The notes beneath the pieces were generated by a model. It was not told the DNA's origin. It saw only the letters and a list, made by a program, of their open reading frames with translations, and made no database searches. A program made the translations under genes and the position numbers. From positions 365 to 64,364 of the forward strand of contig CALRKH020000001.1 in the NCBI GenBank assembly GCA_943367855.1: a stretch of DNA of 64,000 nt. Direction: 5' to 3'. Of this stretch, positions 9,289 to 19,269 are shown one piece after another. The DNA is from Asaia bogorensis (GTDB lineage Bacteria > Bacteroidota > Bacteroidia > Chitinophagales > Chitinophagaceae). Each line of letters opens with the position of its first letter. Position 1 is the stretch's first letter.

Positions 9289-10618
9289 GTAGGCGGCGCA
9301 CCTGCAGCACCTTTTGGGTGCGGGTTGTTAGTTTGAACCGCTCATCGGCTCGCACTCCTGCCACCCACAATATCTTCTTATCACTTTCTAATACCACTAT
9401 TCGTTCTTTTTCGTTTAGTGGTATTTTTTTGTCTATCAGCAGCCTACTCACCTTTTTCTTTTTCATACCCATACCTAGCGGATACAAATAGTCTCCAGTC
9501 TTCCACCTTCGCAACACTACTGGCCATGATATTTGCGCTATATCTACCATCAGCACACCATCGTCGGTTGGTAAATCTCCCTTTTCTACTTCGCTAAATT
9601 CATACCTATATCCATTAAAATCTGCCGCAAAAGGCAGCTTATCTACCAACACCATATCTGTGCTCGTCTCTTCTATAGCAGCCAATATCAAGAAGTCTCT
9701 ATTGCGCAGCACCTTATGTGTGGCCGACTGTACATAATGCCCCGTCTCTGCATGCAAAAGCCCTAGCACCTGTTGCACCTGACCACCACTAAATCCAAAT
9801 GGCTCCAAAAACTCATAAATCAAGGCTTGCAAGCCAGCTGTTCTTTCCAGTTTGCGAATGGGTATATACCAATCTTTCCCACGCTGCTCCATTAGCCGAG
9901 CGCGCTCTTGCGCTATCATTCTTTTATAGAGCACCTCAGCATCGGCTAGTCTAGTTGCTGTTTCCACTATACCTGTTAGTGCTTGGGGCACTAGCTCTTC
10001 GGCAATTGGCAGCAACTTGTTGCGCACAGCATTTCTTAGGTAATCATTCTTACTGTTAGACGCATCATTTCTGTACGACACATTGTTGTTCGTCACATAC
10101 TCAGTTATCTCTGCCCTTGTAGCATATAGCATGGGGCGCACCAGTCCATCTTGCACTGGCAATATGCCATGCAATCCTTGTATACCTGTGCCTCTCAGCA
10201 TATTCATCAGCACGGTCTCTGCTACATCATTGGCATGATGTGCTGTGCACACAGCCACATAAGCATGTTGCTTGATCAGGGCATGAAACCAGTCGTAACG
10301 CAATACGCGTGCCATCTCTTGCACACCTTTTTTGTGCGTAGCACATTGCTGCTCAGTATCAAACCTTATTACATGGCAAACAACATTATGGTCTGCACAC
10401 CACTTAGCTACAAGCGCTTCGTCGGCATCCGACTCCGCACCCCTCAATTGATAGTTGCAATGCGCCACGGCAAACAGTAAACCTGCCTGCTTAAAAACAC
10501 TGGCCATAGCCATAGAATCTATCCCTCCACTCACAGCCAGCAGAAATGGTCCATTACCAAGCTGGCTGTAATGCCTCTTCCTATACGCTCGAAACCCTTT
10601 CAATAATTTATCCAACAC
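9269..10618 (-). CDS. tilS: tRNA(Ile)-lysidine synthetase
   Basis: LAVSGGIDSM (PP-loop), AHHANDVAETVLMNMLRGTG, VRPML, D.SN....Y.RN..R and C-terminal KKKKVSRLLID.K. GTG start; overlaps the rhomboid 3' end by 20 nt. Confidence 0.96.
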   Translation of the reverse strand: MLDKLLKGFRAYRKRHYSQLGNGPFLLAVSGGIDSMAMASVFKQAGLLFAVAHCNYQLRGAESDADEALVAKWCADHNVVCHVIRFDTEQQCATHKKGVQEMARVLRYDWFHALIKQHAYVAVCTAHHANDVAETVLMNMLRGTGIQGLHGILPVQDGLVRPMLYATRAEITEYVTNNNVSYRNDASNSKNDYLRNAVRNKLLPIAEELVPQALTGIVETATRLADAEVLYKRMIAQERARLMEQRGKDWYIPIRKLERTAGLQALIYEFLEPFGFSGGQVQQVLGLLHAETGHYVQSATHKVLRNRDFLILAAIEETSTDMVLVDKLPFAADFNGYRYEFSEVEKGDLPTDDGVLMVDIAQISWPVVLRRWKTGDYLYPLGMGMKKKKVSRLLIDKKIPLNEKERIVVLESDKKILWVAGVRADERFKLTTRTQKVLQVRRLPKSQDV

Positions 10619-10634
10619 TCAAATTTTCTTGCTA

Positions 10635-10949
10635 CTAATAAACTAAGTCTTCGTATGCTCCCTGCAGCTCGTTGTATGCATGCATGTCTCCTGCTTTTTT
10701 AGCAGCTGCCATACCTGCTTCATATATAGGTATGGCCTCATCAGGTTTCCCTACACGTTCCAGCAGCTTACCTAAGTGATAGTATGTAGCTACATAAGTA
10801 GGGTCGTTAGTCAAATTTATTTCGAACTGATCCCTCGCATGTTGCTCATCACCTAGCTTCACATACTCCAATGCTAAAGCATGATGTAAGAAACAATCTT
10901 TGGGGCTCTGCTCTAAATACTGCAACAGCTTTGCTATCCTTTCGCTCAT
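10635..10949 (-). CDS. Small tetratricopeptide-repeat protein
   Basis: MSERIAKLLQYLEQSPKDCFLHHALALEY...YVATYYHLGKLLE fits a TPR pattern. Start moved to the internal ATG at 10949. Confidence 0.85.
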   Translation of the reverse strand: MSERIAKLLQYLEQSPKDCFLHHALALEYVKLGDEQHARDQFEINLTNDPTYVATYYHLGKLLERVGKPDEAIPIYEAGMAAAKKAGDMHAYNELQGAYEDLVY

Positions 10950-11090
10950 AATGATCTTATTATCGCAAATGTAGCAATCATTCCCCCATTCTACCTTTCG
11001 ATAGTGTTCTATCGTACTCTGTCTTAAAATTAACAACATTTACAAAATCCATTTCCTACTTTCACTTGTCATACTTTTGGTCTCTGGCCA

Positions 11091-12476
11091 ATGAACCTGA
11101 AACAACTGAAAAGAAGGCTACAAGCCGCCTGGCAATATTTCCCGCTTACTCCCAATGCACTGCTGTGTGGCGCAGCTGCTTGGCTAGGCTGGAGGCTACT
11201 TTATCAGCCAGTGCCCAAAGGTGAAATTCCCTCATCATTCACGCCATTCGTCATACTGCTGGGCAAACTCATATTTTGGTTTGCACTGGCTATAGTACTG
11301 TTATCGCTGATAAGCACACTGGCCGCTTATGCCTATTATCTGTGGATTCAGCACAAACATCAAACCTTGCTACAGCTAGAATTTGAGCTGGAACAAAGAC
11401 CCAACAAAAAAAACAGACTTTACCTCATTGCCACACTACCCGGTGCATTGCGCCCCCTACTTGGGTTCATAAAAGGTCGCCTTTGGTACGACGACTATAT
11501 GCTTACAGACTCTTTTGCGTTGCTTACTAAAAAGCAAAAAGTAAACCTTAGCTCTGGTGCAGCAGCATCGGGCAAAAACCGACTCTACCTGCCCGACATA
11601 AGAGAGTATGAGATAAAAGGTGGCTTCATCTATTTTCAAGACATGCTGCACATATTCTCTTTAGCAGCAGCCCAGCCGCTAACTGGCCATTTCTATCAGC
11701 CACCTACGCTCACTGGTGCTTACCACAACGAGGTGAACCCTAAAAAAACAGAAACGCTTGACGTGCGCATAGACCAACTACGAAGAGTAGAAGGCGAATA
11801 CCTAAACTATAAAGACTTTGAAAACGGCGATGATATACGTAGAATAGTATGGAAGGTTTATGCCAAAAACAGAGAGCTTATAGTACGAGTGCCCGAGCTT
11901 TATGAGCCCTACGCATCGCACCTACACCTGCATGCATCTTTTTATGCAGCAGTCAAGACAGCTTGGCTATCTGACGATTATCTGAGCGAGATGCTCAATT
12001 ATTACAAGAATTGTGTTTGGACCATCTACGATACCATATCGGCTAAAGACTGGGAGGTGCGCTATATACCCGACCAGCTCATCCAACTGCCAGAACAGCT
12101 TAGCAATCAGGAACAAGTGGCACGCACCATCACCAACAGCAACTGGCATACCGATAAAAATTTGCTACAATACTTCAACCCTCGCACTGGTGCAGTATTG
12201 ATCATCTCTTCTTTTACCGACCCTGCTGAGCTTTCAGAATTACTGAATCGCTGCGATAACACTACCGTTATCTATTTCATTCGCACGTCTCGCATATTTC
12301 GCTCTCTGGCGCCGCTACATTGGCTGGCAAGTATCATCATCAGGCCAGCCACCGACAGGCTCTCCCGCCTCAGGTCTCGCTGGTTACTAGCACCGCTTCG
12401 TCCCCAAGTATTAAAAAGGGAAAAAGAGTTAAAAGAAATACTCAGTAAAAGCACAGTAATTTGGTCGGAGGTATAG
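11091..12476 (+). CDS. DUF58-domain membrane protein (MoxR-associated type)
   Basis: Two N-terminal hydrophobic segments and the DUF58-type signature K.FENGDDIRRIVWKVYAK...L.VR..E. Confidence 0.75.
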   Translation: MNLKQLKRRLQAAWQYFPLTPNALLCGAAAWLGWRLLYQPVPKGEIPSSFTPFVILLGKLIFWFALAIVLLSLISTLAAYAYYLWIQHKHQTLLQLEFELEQRPNKKNRLYLIATLPGALRPLLGFIKGRLWYDDYMLTDSFALLTKKQKVNLSSGAAASGKNRLYLPDIREYEIKGGFIYFQDMLHIFSLAAAQPLTGHFYQPPTLTGAYHNEVNPKKTETLDVRIDQLRRVEGEYLNYKDFENGDDIRRIVWKVYAKNRELIVRVPELYEPYASHLHLHASFYAAVKTAWLSDDYLSEMLNYYKNCVWTIYDTISAKDWEVRYIPDQLIQLPEQLSNQEQVARTITNSNWHTDKNLLQYFNPRTGAVLIISSFTDPAELSELLNRCDNTTVIYFIRTSRIFRSLAPLHWLASIIIRPATDRLSRLRSRWLLAPLRPQVLKREKELKEILSKSTVIWSEV

Positions 12477-12670
12477 TGTGCTGCTATAAGCAGCCACCCT
12501 TTATTTTTACCTCATACTTATATGGCTTTTTTCAATACCTTCGCATATCCAATACTCAATAAGTAAAAATATTTTTGTGCTGCGCTAACGAAATCTAAAA
12601 GTGCCTCGTCAACTATGGCAGTTATCTGATTTCTATTCACAAATTTAAAAACCGTAAAAAACAATTTTTT

Positions 12671-14584
12671 ATGAGAAGACTCTTAACCCTCGCAGCGGCC
12701 GTAATGGCGCTGTTTGCGGCCAGCGAATCAAAGGCCGCAGTTCATGGTCCTGGCGTAGTATGCGTAGGTGCCACCGCATTAATGTATGACTCCACATCAT
12801 CAGGCACAGGCTGCATAGGTGGTGTATGGTCTAGCAGCAACCCTGCCGTTGCAAGTATTGGCAGCTCCACTGGCATAGTAACAGGTGTATCTACAGGTAC
12901 CGCCGTTATCACTTATGTATGTAGTGCCATCACCTCAACAGCGGTTATTTCTGTCAACCCATCTCCGTCAGCAATTTCTGGAGGCACATCTCCAATTTGT
13001 GTAGGTGCTACTACCACACTTACTTGCCCTACATCTGGCGGCACATGGTTTAGTGCAAGCAGTGGCATAGCTTCAGTATCGAGCAGCACAGGCGTAGTTA
13101 CCGGCACAGGCATAGGCACTGCTACTATTCATTATATTGTAGCAGGTTGCTCTTCTCAGCAAGTAGTTACAGTAAACGGCACCCCTACCCCCGACTCTGT
13201 TACAGGCCCTGGCACAGTGTGCATAGGCAGCAGCATTACTCTTTCTTGCATCACTGCAGGCGGCACATGGTCTAGTAGCAGCACTGCAATGGCTACTGTG
13301 AGCAGCGGTGGCGTGGTTACGGGTGTATCTGCAGGCACTGTCAATATTACTTATACGGTTTCTGGCCCATGCGGATCTGCATACCGCACCTATCCTGTTA
13401 CGGTTACCTCTACTACCAGCCCTGGCACTATTAGCGGTTCTACATCAGTAGCCACTGGTTTTACTACTCTTTTGTCTGCTACAGTTAGTGGTGGCACATG
13501 GTCTAGTAGCACTCCATCTGTAGCAACAGTGAGTTCGTCAGGTTTAGTAACTGGCTTAGCTATAGGCACCACTACTATATCATATACAGTATCTGGCTGT
13601 AGTGGCCTTGCAAGTGCTACTACCGTAGTTACTGTTAGTGCTGCCAACTGCATATCTGGCGATGTATTGTTCTCTGGCACTCCATATTATGGTCCAGTTA
13701 TGGTTTGGCTTATCCGCTTCAACCCTACTACCAATATGCTCTATGCTGTAGACTCTCAATATGTTTATGCTAGCGGTGCTAGCGCAGGTTACAGCTTCTG
13801 CGGCATGGGCACAGACTCTTTCCGCGTAAAGGCTGCTGCAGACTCTATGTCTACTATATCTACAGGTTATCAACCTACATATCATACTGCTAGTCCATTC
13901 TGGTCTACTGCTACAGTTATATACCACACAGCTGGCACGCACGATATGGGCAAAGACATCAACATGGGCTTTGGTACAGTAACTGCTGGACCAGGCTTTA
14001 TAGCTGGCGATGTTACTACTGGTGCTAACAAAGGCACTGCCGATGGAGACCCTGCAGTAGGCATGCTTATTTATTGTGTAGATAATGCTACTGGCAACAT
14101 CATCCAAAAGTCTATAACAGATGCAGCTGGCCACTACACATTTAGCAGCTTGCCTGTAGACAAGTCATACAAAATATACCCTGAAATGATGAACTACGGC
14201 ACTACTCCATATGCTGATATTACGCTTACCAGTGCAGCAACATCCATGGTAGCAGCACACTTCGAGCAGCATACATTGTCTCATACCATCACTCCAAAAA
14301 CATCTATCGTTACTAATACTCCTGCCATCAGCACTAAGCTAGCTGTTTATCCCAACCCTGCTAAAGATGTCGTTAACATAGGCTGGACAGGCTGGAACAA
14401 AACAACTGAAGCAGAGCTTACCATTAACGATGTGACAGGCCTTCAGGTAATAGCCAGCAACATCACTATAGCTCAAGGCACAGGTGCTGCCAGCATTAAT
14501 GTTAGCAATCTGGCAAAAGGCATTTACTTCATCACAGTAAAGTCTAACGAAGCTACCACTACCTCTAAAATTAAGATTGACTAA
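12671..14584 (+). CDS. T9SS type A cargo protein with four BIG2/Ig-like repeats
   Basis: Signal peptide; four GG(T/V)W.S....(V/I)A(S/T)(V/I)...G.VTG...GT..I.Y repeats; C-terminal sorting domain VYPNPAKDVVNI...GIYFITVK. Confidence 0.9.
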   Translation: MRRLLTLAAAVMALFAASESKAAVHGPGVVCVGATALMYDSTSSGTGCIGGVWSSSNPAVASIGSSTGIVTGVSTGTAVITYVCSAITSTAVISVNPSPSAISGGTSPICVGATTTLTCPTSGGTWFSASSGIASVSSSTGVVTGTGIGTATIHYIVAGCSSQQVVTVNGTPTPDSVTGPGTVCIGSSITLSCITAGGTWSSSSTAMATVSSGGVVTGVSAGTVNITYTVSGPCGSAYRTYPVTVTSTTSPGTISGSTSVATGFTTLLSATVSGGTWSSSTPSVATVSSSGLVTGLAIGTTTISYTVSGCSGLASATTVVTVSAANCISGDVLFSGTPYYGPVMVWLIRFNPTTNMLYAVDSQYVYASGASAGYSFCGMGTDSFRVKAAADSMSTISTGYQPTYHTASPFWSTATVIYHTAGTHDMGKDINMGFGTVTAGPGFIAGDVTTGANKGTADGDPAVGMLIYCVDNATGNIIQKSITDAAGHYTFSSLPVDKSYKIYPEMMNYGTTPYADITLTSAATSMVAAHFEQHTLSHTITPKTSIVTNTPAISTKLAVYPNPAKDVVNIGWTGWNKTTEAELTINDVTGLQVIASNITIAQGTGAASINVSNLAKGIYFITVKSNEATTTSKIKID

Positions 14585-14606
14585 TCTTGTTTAGACCCGC
14601 ATAAGC

Positions 14607-14645
14607 AAAAGGGGCTCTGGATTTCTCCGGAGCCCCTCTATTTTT
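14607..14645. terminator. Intrinsic terminator between convergent genes
   Basis: AAAAGGGGCTCTGGA-tttc-TCCGGAGCCCCT, followed by a T-rich tract. Confidence 0.75.
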
Positions 14646-15345
14646 GCCCGATAGTGTCTTGTACTTTCCATTTCTTATAGCTATCTCTCACCCACATTTT
14701 TATCTCTAGTGGGCTTGCAGTGCGCGCAAAATCATAAGGCATAGGGTGTGCATACATAAACATACCTACACTATCACCTTTCAGTCCTGTTACATTGGTC
14801 ACCAGTTCAGGGCCATATTTAGTATCTATAAACTTCTGTCGCTCGTTCTCTGCAAAATCATGCTGAAATGCATACGTCTGCTTAGCCTTCTTCGAAAACA
14901 ACTCTGCTATAGCCGACGCAGGACTCATGATAGGCGAAGGAGCCACTCTCCTCAATTGCACCTTGTAGGTTGCCACTCTATCTATAGAGTCTAGCTGATA
15001 CTGTGACAACCTGCCTGGCCTTATTAATGCATCCTTTAGCTCATATGCCTTAGGCTCTAGCGATACATTTATAGTAGCTATCAGCACAGATGTTGGCTTA
15101 GTTCGCTCCTCTGTGCTATACCCTATGTAGCTATATACTACCTTATCTCCAGTATTTGCTGGCAGGGTATAGTTGCCCTTGGCATCTGTATATACCATTG
15201 CCTGAGTAGTTTTGTTCACCACCGTTACAGGATACAATGGTTTGCCAGTAGCAGCATCAGTCACCACCCCATGCAGGGTTTGTGCGCCACATGGCAGCAC
15301 TGCAACAATAGCTGCACCAATTATATAAGCTACTCTTATGCTCAA
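14638..15345 (-). CDS. Carboxypeptidase-regulatory-like domain protein
   Basis: Signal peptide, then LHGVVTDAATGKPLYPVTV...TDAKGNYTL....GDKVVYSYIGY, a typical CarbopepD_reg-like beta domain. Confidence 0.75.
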   Translation of the reverse strand: MSIRVAYIIGAAIVAVLPCGAQTLHGVVTDAATGKPLYPVTVVNKTTQAMVYTDAKGNYTLPANTGDKVVYSYIGYSTEERTKPTSVLIATINVSLEPKAYELKDALIRPGRLSQYQLDSIDRVATYKVQLRRVAPSPIMSPASAIAELFSKKAKQTYAFQHDFAENERQKFIDTKYGPELVTNVTGLKGDSVGMFMYAHPMPYDFARTASPLEIKMWVRDSYKKWKVQDTIGQK

Positions 15346-15438
15346 CAGTCATCAAATCTAACTCCAATACATATACATTTAGCAGAGTAGCTTACACTTT
15401 TGCATAGATTTAAGAATGCATCCTCCACTTTATTGCAC

Positions 15439-15470
15439 AAAAAAAGACACCACCTCTCGGCAGTGTCTTT
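15439..15470 (-). terminator. Intrinsic terminator
   Basis: Minus strand AAAGACACTGCC-GAGA-GGTGGTGTCTTTTTT, a GNRA loop with a U-tract. Confidence 0.75.
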
Positions 15471-15491
15471 ATATTTATCTCTTTTAGCCTA

Positions 15492-16175
15492 CTAAGGCAC
15501 TATTGCAGTATAAGCCTGGTTAAGTGCTGGTGTAGCATTCACAGTAAAGCTAAACACATCAGGAGTTTTTACTAGTTTTATTCTTGTACCTTTTCTGTAT
15601 TTGTAATAGCCTATGTTTTGCACTTTACCATCATTGGGTATAGATGCCACATCAAGCATACTATCTACAGTGCCAAGGTTGGTATATACCTGCTGTATCA
15701 ATGGAATTGTTGAAGTAGGATTGTTTACAGCTTTCAAGAAGAAGAATACAGAATCAATATTCAAATCTTGTGCTACAGTGCCAAACTGAGGGAAATAAGC
15801 AGTAAATGTGCCCATCTCTACATTGATGCCATAAGTTCCTTTTGTAGAAGCTTTGTACACCAAGGAGTCGCCATAGTTACCAGTAAAATTCTTTGTTTTA
15901 CCAGAGTCTATTCTATACACTTTACCTTTTATCAGCAAATCTACTGGTGTGAAAGTATTATTCCTGAAAAACACATTCGACACATTAGCTGTTTGACAAT
16001 AAGTTCCTGTATAGCCAGGTGCACATATACAAAAACCCTCATTACACGTGCCACCATTCTGACAAACCAGATCTTTACATCTGTCTTTTTTGCAAGAGGT
16101 ATACACTATAGCACCAAAGGCTAGCAAGGTGAGAATGGTTGTAAAAACAATAGCTTTTGCTTGTTTCATTTTCAA
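15492..16175 (-). CDS. Lipoprotein with an N-terminal EGF-like domain
   Basis: Lipobox YTSC followed by the six-Cys EGF pattern CKDLVCQNGGTCNEGFCICAPGYTGTYC. Confidence 0.85.
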   Translation of the reverse strand: MKMKQAKAIVFTTILTLLAFGAIVYTSCKKDRCKDLVCQNGGTCNEGFCICAPGYTGTYCQTANVSNVFFRNNTFTPVDLLIKGKVYRIDSGKTKNFTGNYGDSLVYKASTKGTYGINVEMGTFTAYFPQFGTVAQDLNIDSVFFFLKAVNNPTSTIPLIQQVYTNLGTVDSMLDVASIPNDGKVQNIGYYKYRKGTRIKLVKTPDVFSFTVNATPALNQAYTAIVP

Positions 16176-16380
16176 TTATCAGTTTTTTTAATGTTCGCTG
16201 GCTATCACACACTCCTACCCACACATTACACATGCAGCCTCGCGAAGCCCTAAAATTAATAGATTCTGTGAAAGTTGTCTAATATTAAACCACTATTTAC
16301 ACCAAAAATTACAAACATTCCACTTCAATGTACTTTTATTAACGATTTATAGCCTCAATACATTGTCCTACTTTTGCAAA

Positions 16381-17043
16381 ATGATTCACTTTCTTCGCTG
16401 CTCGGCTTTTTTACTTCTTACCTTTTGCGGCACGTCACTACACACCATAGCTGCACCTAATAGCAAAGTTAAGTCTGCACCACCCAAGGCTATACTAGTA
16501 ATGCTAAGCACAGAAATAAACAGATACAATGCACTAAAAAGATCTGGCGATAGCTCAGGCATCAAAATACTCCAAAAAGACACCTACAATATTTACAAAG
16601 TCACCACCAACGACTTTAAAGACAACTTCAACTTCTGCCCCGTATATTTCTTTTACGATACCCTACTCGATGATATATTAGAAGGAAAAATTGCTGGCAA
16701 CCTGCTAGATTATAGCCTGCAGCCTGTAGCCAACCCTACAGTACAAGACACTACCGACAAATACTATATCACTTACTTTGGGCGCATGCTGTGGCAAACT
16801 ACCAAAGGTAAAATGCTACCTACCAAACACGCGGATATGGGCAGCGGCCCCAACGGCAGAGGGCTAATACTTAACAACAAACGCATGGAGCAGGTGTACT
16901 ATGTTTACTCTATTCGCAACAACCTGTTTCGCAAAAACAGCACGTATTACTACCAATCCAAGAAGTTTCAAATTGAATATGACCCGCTGGCAAAAAAACT
17001 GAATGAACGCATGGTTTTTAAATTTTATGAAAAGAACAAATAG
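16381..17043 (+). CDS. Hypothetical exported protein
   Basis: Open frame with a signal-like N-terminus. A TACTTTTG promoter element at 16369-16376 favours ATG 16381 over the TTG at 16363. Confidence 0.6.
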   Translation: MIHFLRCSAFLLLTFCGTSLHTIAAPNSKVKSAPPKAILVMLSTEINRYNALKRSGDSSGIKILQKDTYNIYKVTTNDFKDNFNFCPVYFFYDTLLDDILEGKIAGNLLDYSLQPVANPTVQDTTDKYYITYFGRMLWQTTKGKMLPTKHADMGSGPNGRGLILNNKRMEQVYYVYSIRNNLFRKNSTYYYQSKKFQIEYDPLAKKLNERMVFKFYEKNK

Positions 17044-17260
17044 ACACAGATACCCGCCACAATTGGTGTTACCTGGCTTGTTATTATACATACAACCTAT
17101 TGAAAACATATAGTCAACGCCATTAAGAAGCACATACCGAAAAAATAAAGGCTAGCTACAAGCCTTAAAAACTAATTACATAACCCAAATAACAACCATT
17201 ATAATGGCAGCTTTCAAACAAATTTGGTAATTTCGCTGCCCGAATAGCAAACTTCATACG

Positions 17261-18478
17261 ATGATAGACATAAAAGTTCCGGCTGTAGGCGAATCTATTA
17301 GCGAGGTAACACTCGTTAAATGGCTGAAAAAAGAAGGCGAATATGTGAACAGAGACGAGGTGCTCTGCGAACTAGAATCAGAAAAAGCAACCTTCGAGCT
17401 CAACGCAGAGCAAGCCGGTACGCTACACATCAAGGCCGAAGAAGGAGCCACTCTGGCTATTGGCGACTTGGCTTGTTCTATCGACGAAACAGCACCTAAG
17501 CCCGCAGGCGCACCTGCTGCTCCTGCCAAAGAAGAAAAGGCCACCCCAGCGCCTGCCAAAGAAGAAAAAGCTGCTCCAGCTGCTTTGCCAGCCGATGTAA
17601 AAGCTACACCAGTAGCCCAAGCAATAATGGCTGACAAACAGGTGAAACCCAATGCGGTGAAAGGCTCAGGCTCTAAAGGCCGCATTATGAAGCAAGATGT
17701 GCTGGATGCTATAGCCAATCCTGGACGCAAAGGTGGCGCCGAAGCTTTCTCTCGCGAAAACAAACGCGAGAAAATGAGCAATCTCCGCAAAACTGTTTCT
17801 CGCCGTCTGGTTGAGGCTAAAAACAGCACAGCTATGCTCACTACCTTCAATGAGGTAGATATGACGCGCATCATGGAGATACGCAAAGCCTATAAAGACA
17901 CATTCAAAGAATCTCATGGGGTCAATCTGGGCTTCATGTCTTTCTTCACCAAAGCTTGCTGCATAGCCCTGCAAGAGTGGCCTGCAGTAAACGCTTATAT
18001 CGATGGAGAATCAATCATTTACCACGACTATTGCGATATATCAATTGCAGTTTCAGCCCCTAAGGGCTTGGTAGTGCCAGTTATTCGCAATGCCGAAAGC
18101 CTGAGCATGGCAGGAATAGAACAAAAAGTGGTGGAGCTAGCCAAAAAAGCACGTGATAACAAACTCACTCCAGACGAAATGACTGGCGGCACTTTCACCA
18201 TTACTAATGGTGGCGTATTTGGCTCGTTAATGTCTACACCTATCATCAATATACCTCAATCAGCTATCTTGGGCATGCACAAAATCCAAGATCGTCCTAT
18301 GGTTATCAATGGCAAAATTGAAGCCCGCCCTATGATGTATCTGGCACTTAGCTACGATCACCGTATCATAGATGGTCGCGAGTCTGTAGGTTTCCTAGTT
18401 CGTGTAAAAGAATTATTGGAAAATCCAGACTTTATGCTCTTTGGTCACGACCCAGTTAAAACACTTCTTGAGTTGTAA
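17261..18478 (+). CDS. odhB: 2-oxoglutarate dehydrogenase E2 (dihydrolipoyllysine-residue succinyltransferase)
   Basis: Lipoyl domain ([18 protein letters not shown]), E3-binding domain ([13 protein letters not shown]), catalytic [14 protein letters not shown] and [11 protein letters not shown]. Confidence 0.97.
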   Translation: MIDIKVPAVGESISEVTLVKWLKKEGEYVNRDEVLCELESEKATFELNAEQAGTLHIKAEEGATLAIGDLACSIDETAPKPAGAPAAPAKEEKATPAPAKEEKAAPAALPADVKATPVAQAIMADKQVKPNAVKGSGSKGRIMKQDVLDAIANPGRKGGAEAFSRENKREKMSNLRKTVSRRLVEAKNSTAMLTTFNEVDMTRIMEIRKAYKDTFKESHGVNLGFMSFFTKACCIALQEWPAVNAYIDGESIIYHDYCDISIAVSAPKGLVVPVIRNAESLSMAGIEQKVVELAKKARDNKLTPDEMTGGTFTITNGGVFGSLMSTPIINIPQSAILGMHKIQDRPMVINGKIEARPMMYLALSYDHRIIDGRESVGFLVRVKELLENPDFMLFGHDPVKTLLEL

Positions 18479-18495
18479 TCTACAAGCAACACTAT

Positions 18496-18539
18496 AAAGA
18501 CAAAGGGCAGAGATTTTACGATCTCTGCCCTTTGTCTTT
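18496..18539. terminator. Bidirectional terminator (19-bp perfect stem)
   Basis: AAAGACAAAGGGCAGAGAT-tttacg-ATCTCTGCCCTTTGTCTTT. Confidence 0.9.
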
Positions 18540-19227
18540 ATCCTTTCAAGAACCTTGCTGCTAAGTGAGCCAGCAAAGCTATATCTACTTGCTCTATAGG
18601 GTGTGGTGTGCCCGGCAATACACCTAGCTGCGCATTGGGCAACAACCGATACACAGACAATGTCTCCTCCATTGTTACCATTTTATCCCTATCGCCTAGT
18701 AGCAGCAACACAGGTTGTTGAATACTGTTATAGTCTTCCATTTTCAACGGATTATTACGCCCCATTTCCAGCATCATTTCTGCTGTTAGTACTAGCACCT
18801 CTTTCCAGTCATTGGGCATATGCCTGGTGGCTAATGTAGCTGCAAATGCAGGCACTTTAGCGCTTATTTTTTCGGCATTTAATTGCAACACCTCTTTGGC
18901 TGCTATCTCTTCATTCCAGCCAAACTTAGTAGCCATTGTCACCACACGCACTACCCTATCGGCATAATGCCTGGCTACATACAGACCTACATAGCCCCCC
19001 ATGCTATACCCAAAAATATGAGCGCTTGCTATGCCTCTATCGTTCATATAGTCTATTACATCTTTGCCAAACTCACTAATAGAGAAACCATTAGGTGGTA
19101 ATGCGACACCACCATGACCACTAAAGTTCAACACATGAACTTCGAATTCCTGATTGAAGTATGGCGCCAATCCTACCAATTGGTCTGCTGAACCTATAGC
19201 CCCGTGCAATATGATTAAGTGTTCCAT
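18538..19227 (-). CDS. Alpha/beta-fold hydrolase
   Basis: LHGAIGS, nucleophile elbow GYSMGG, GDRDKMV and TPH. Confidence 0.88.
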   Translation of the reverse strand: MEHLIILHGAIGSADQLVGLAPYFNQEFEVHVLNFSGHGGVALPPNGFSISEFGKDVIDYMNDRGIASAHIFGYSMGGYVGLYVARHYADRVVRVVTMATKFGWNEEIAAKEVLQLNAEKISAKVPAFAATLATRHMPNDWKEVLVLTAEMMLEMGRNNPLKMEDYNSIQQPVLLLLGDRDKMVTMEETLSVYRLLPNAQLGVLPGTPHPIEQVDIALLAHLAARFLKG

Positions 19228-19269
19228 TCCGTCTATGTTGTTTTATGTTTTCGATAGCTTTCAGGCCGA

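Noticed and set aside
17517-17583. 30-nt tandem duplication ([20 protein letters not shown]) in odhB
   Set aside because: Ordinary variability of the flexible E2 linker.
17254-17886. 210-aa minus-strand ORF
   Set aside because: Fully antisense to odhB; no independent signals.
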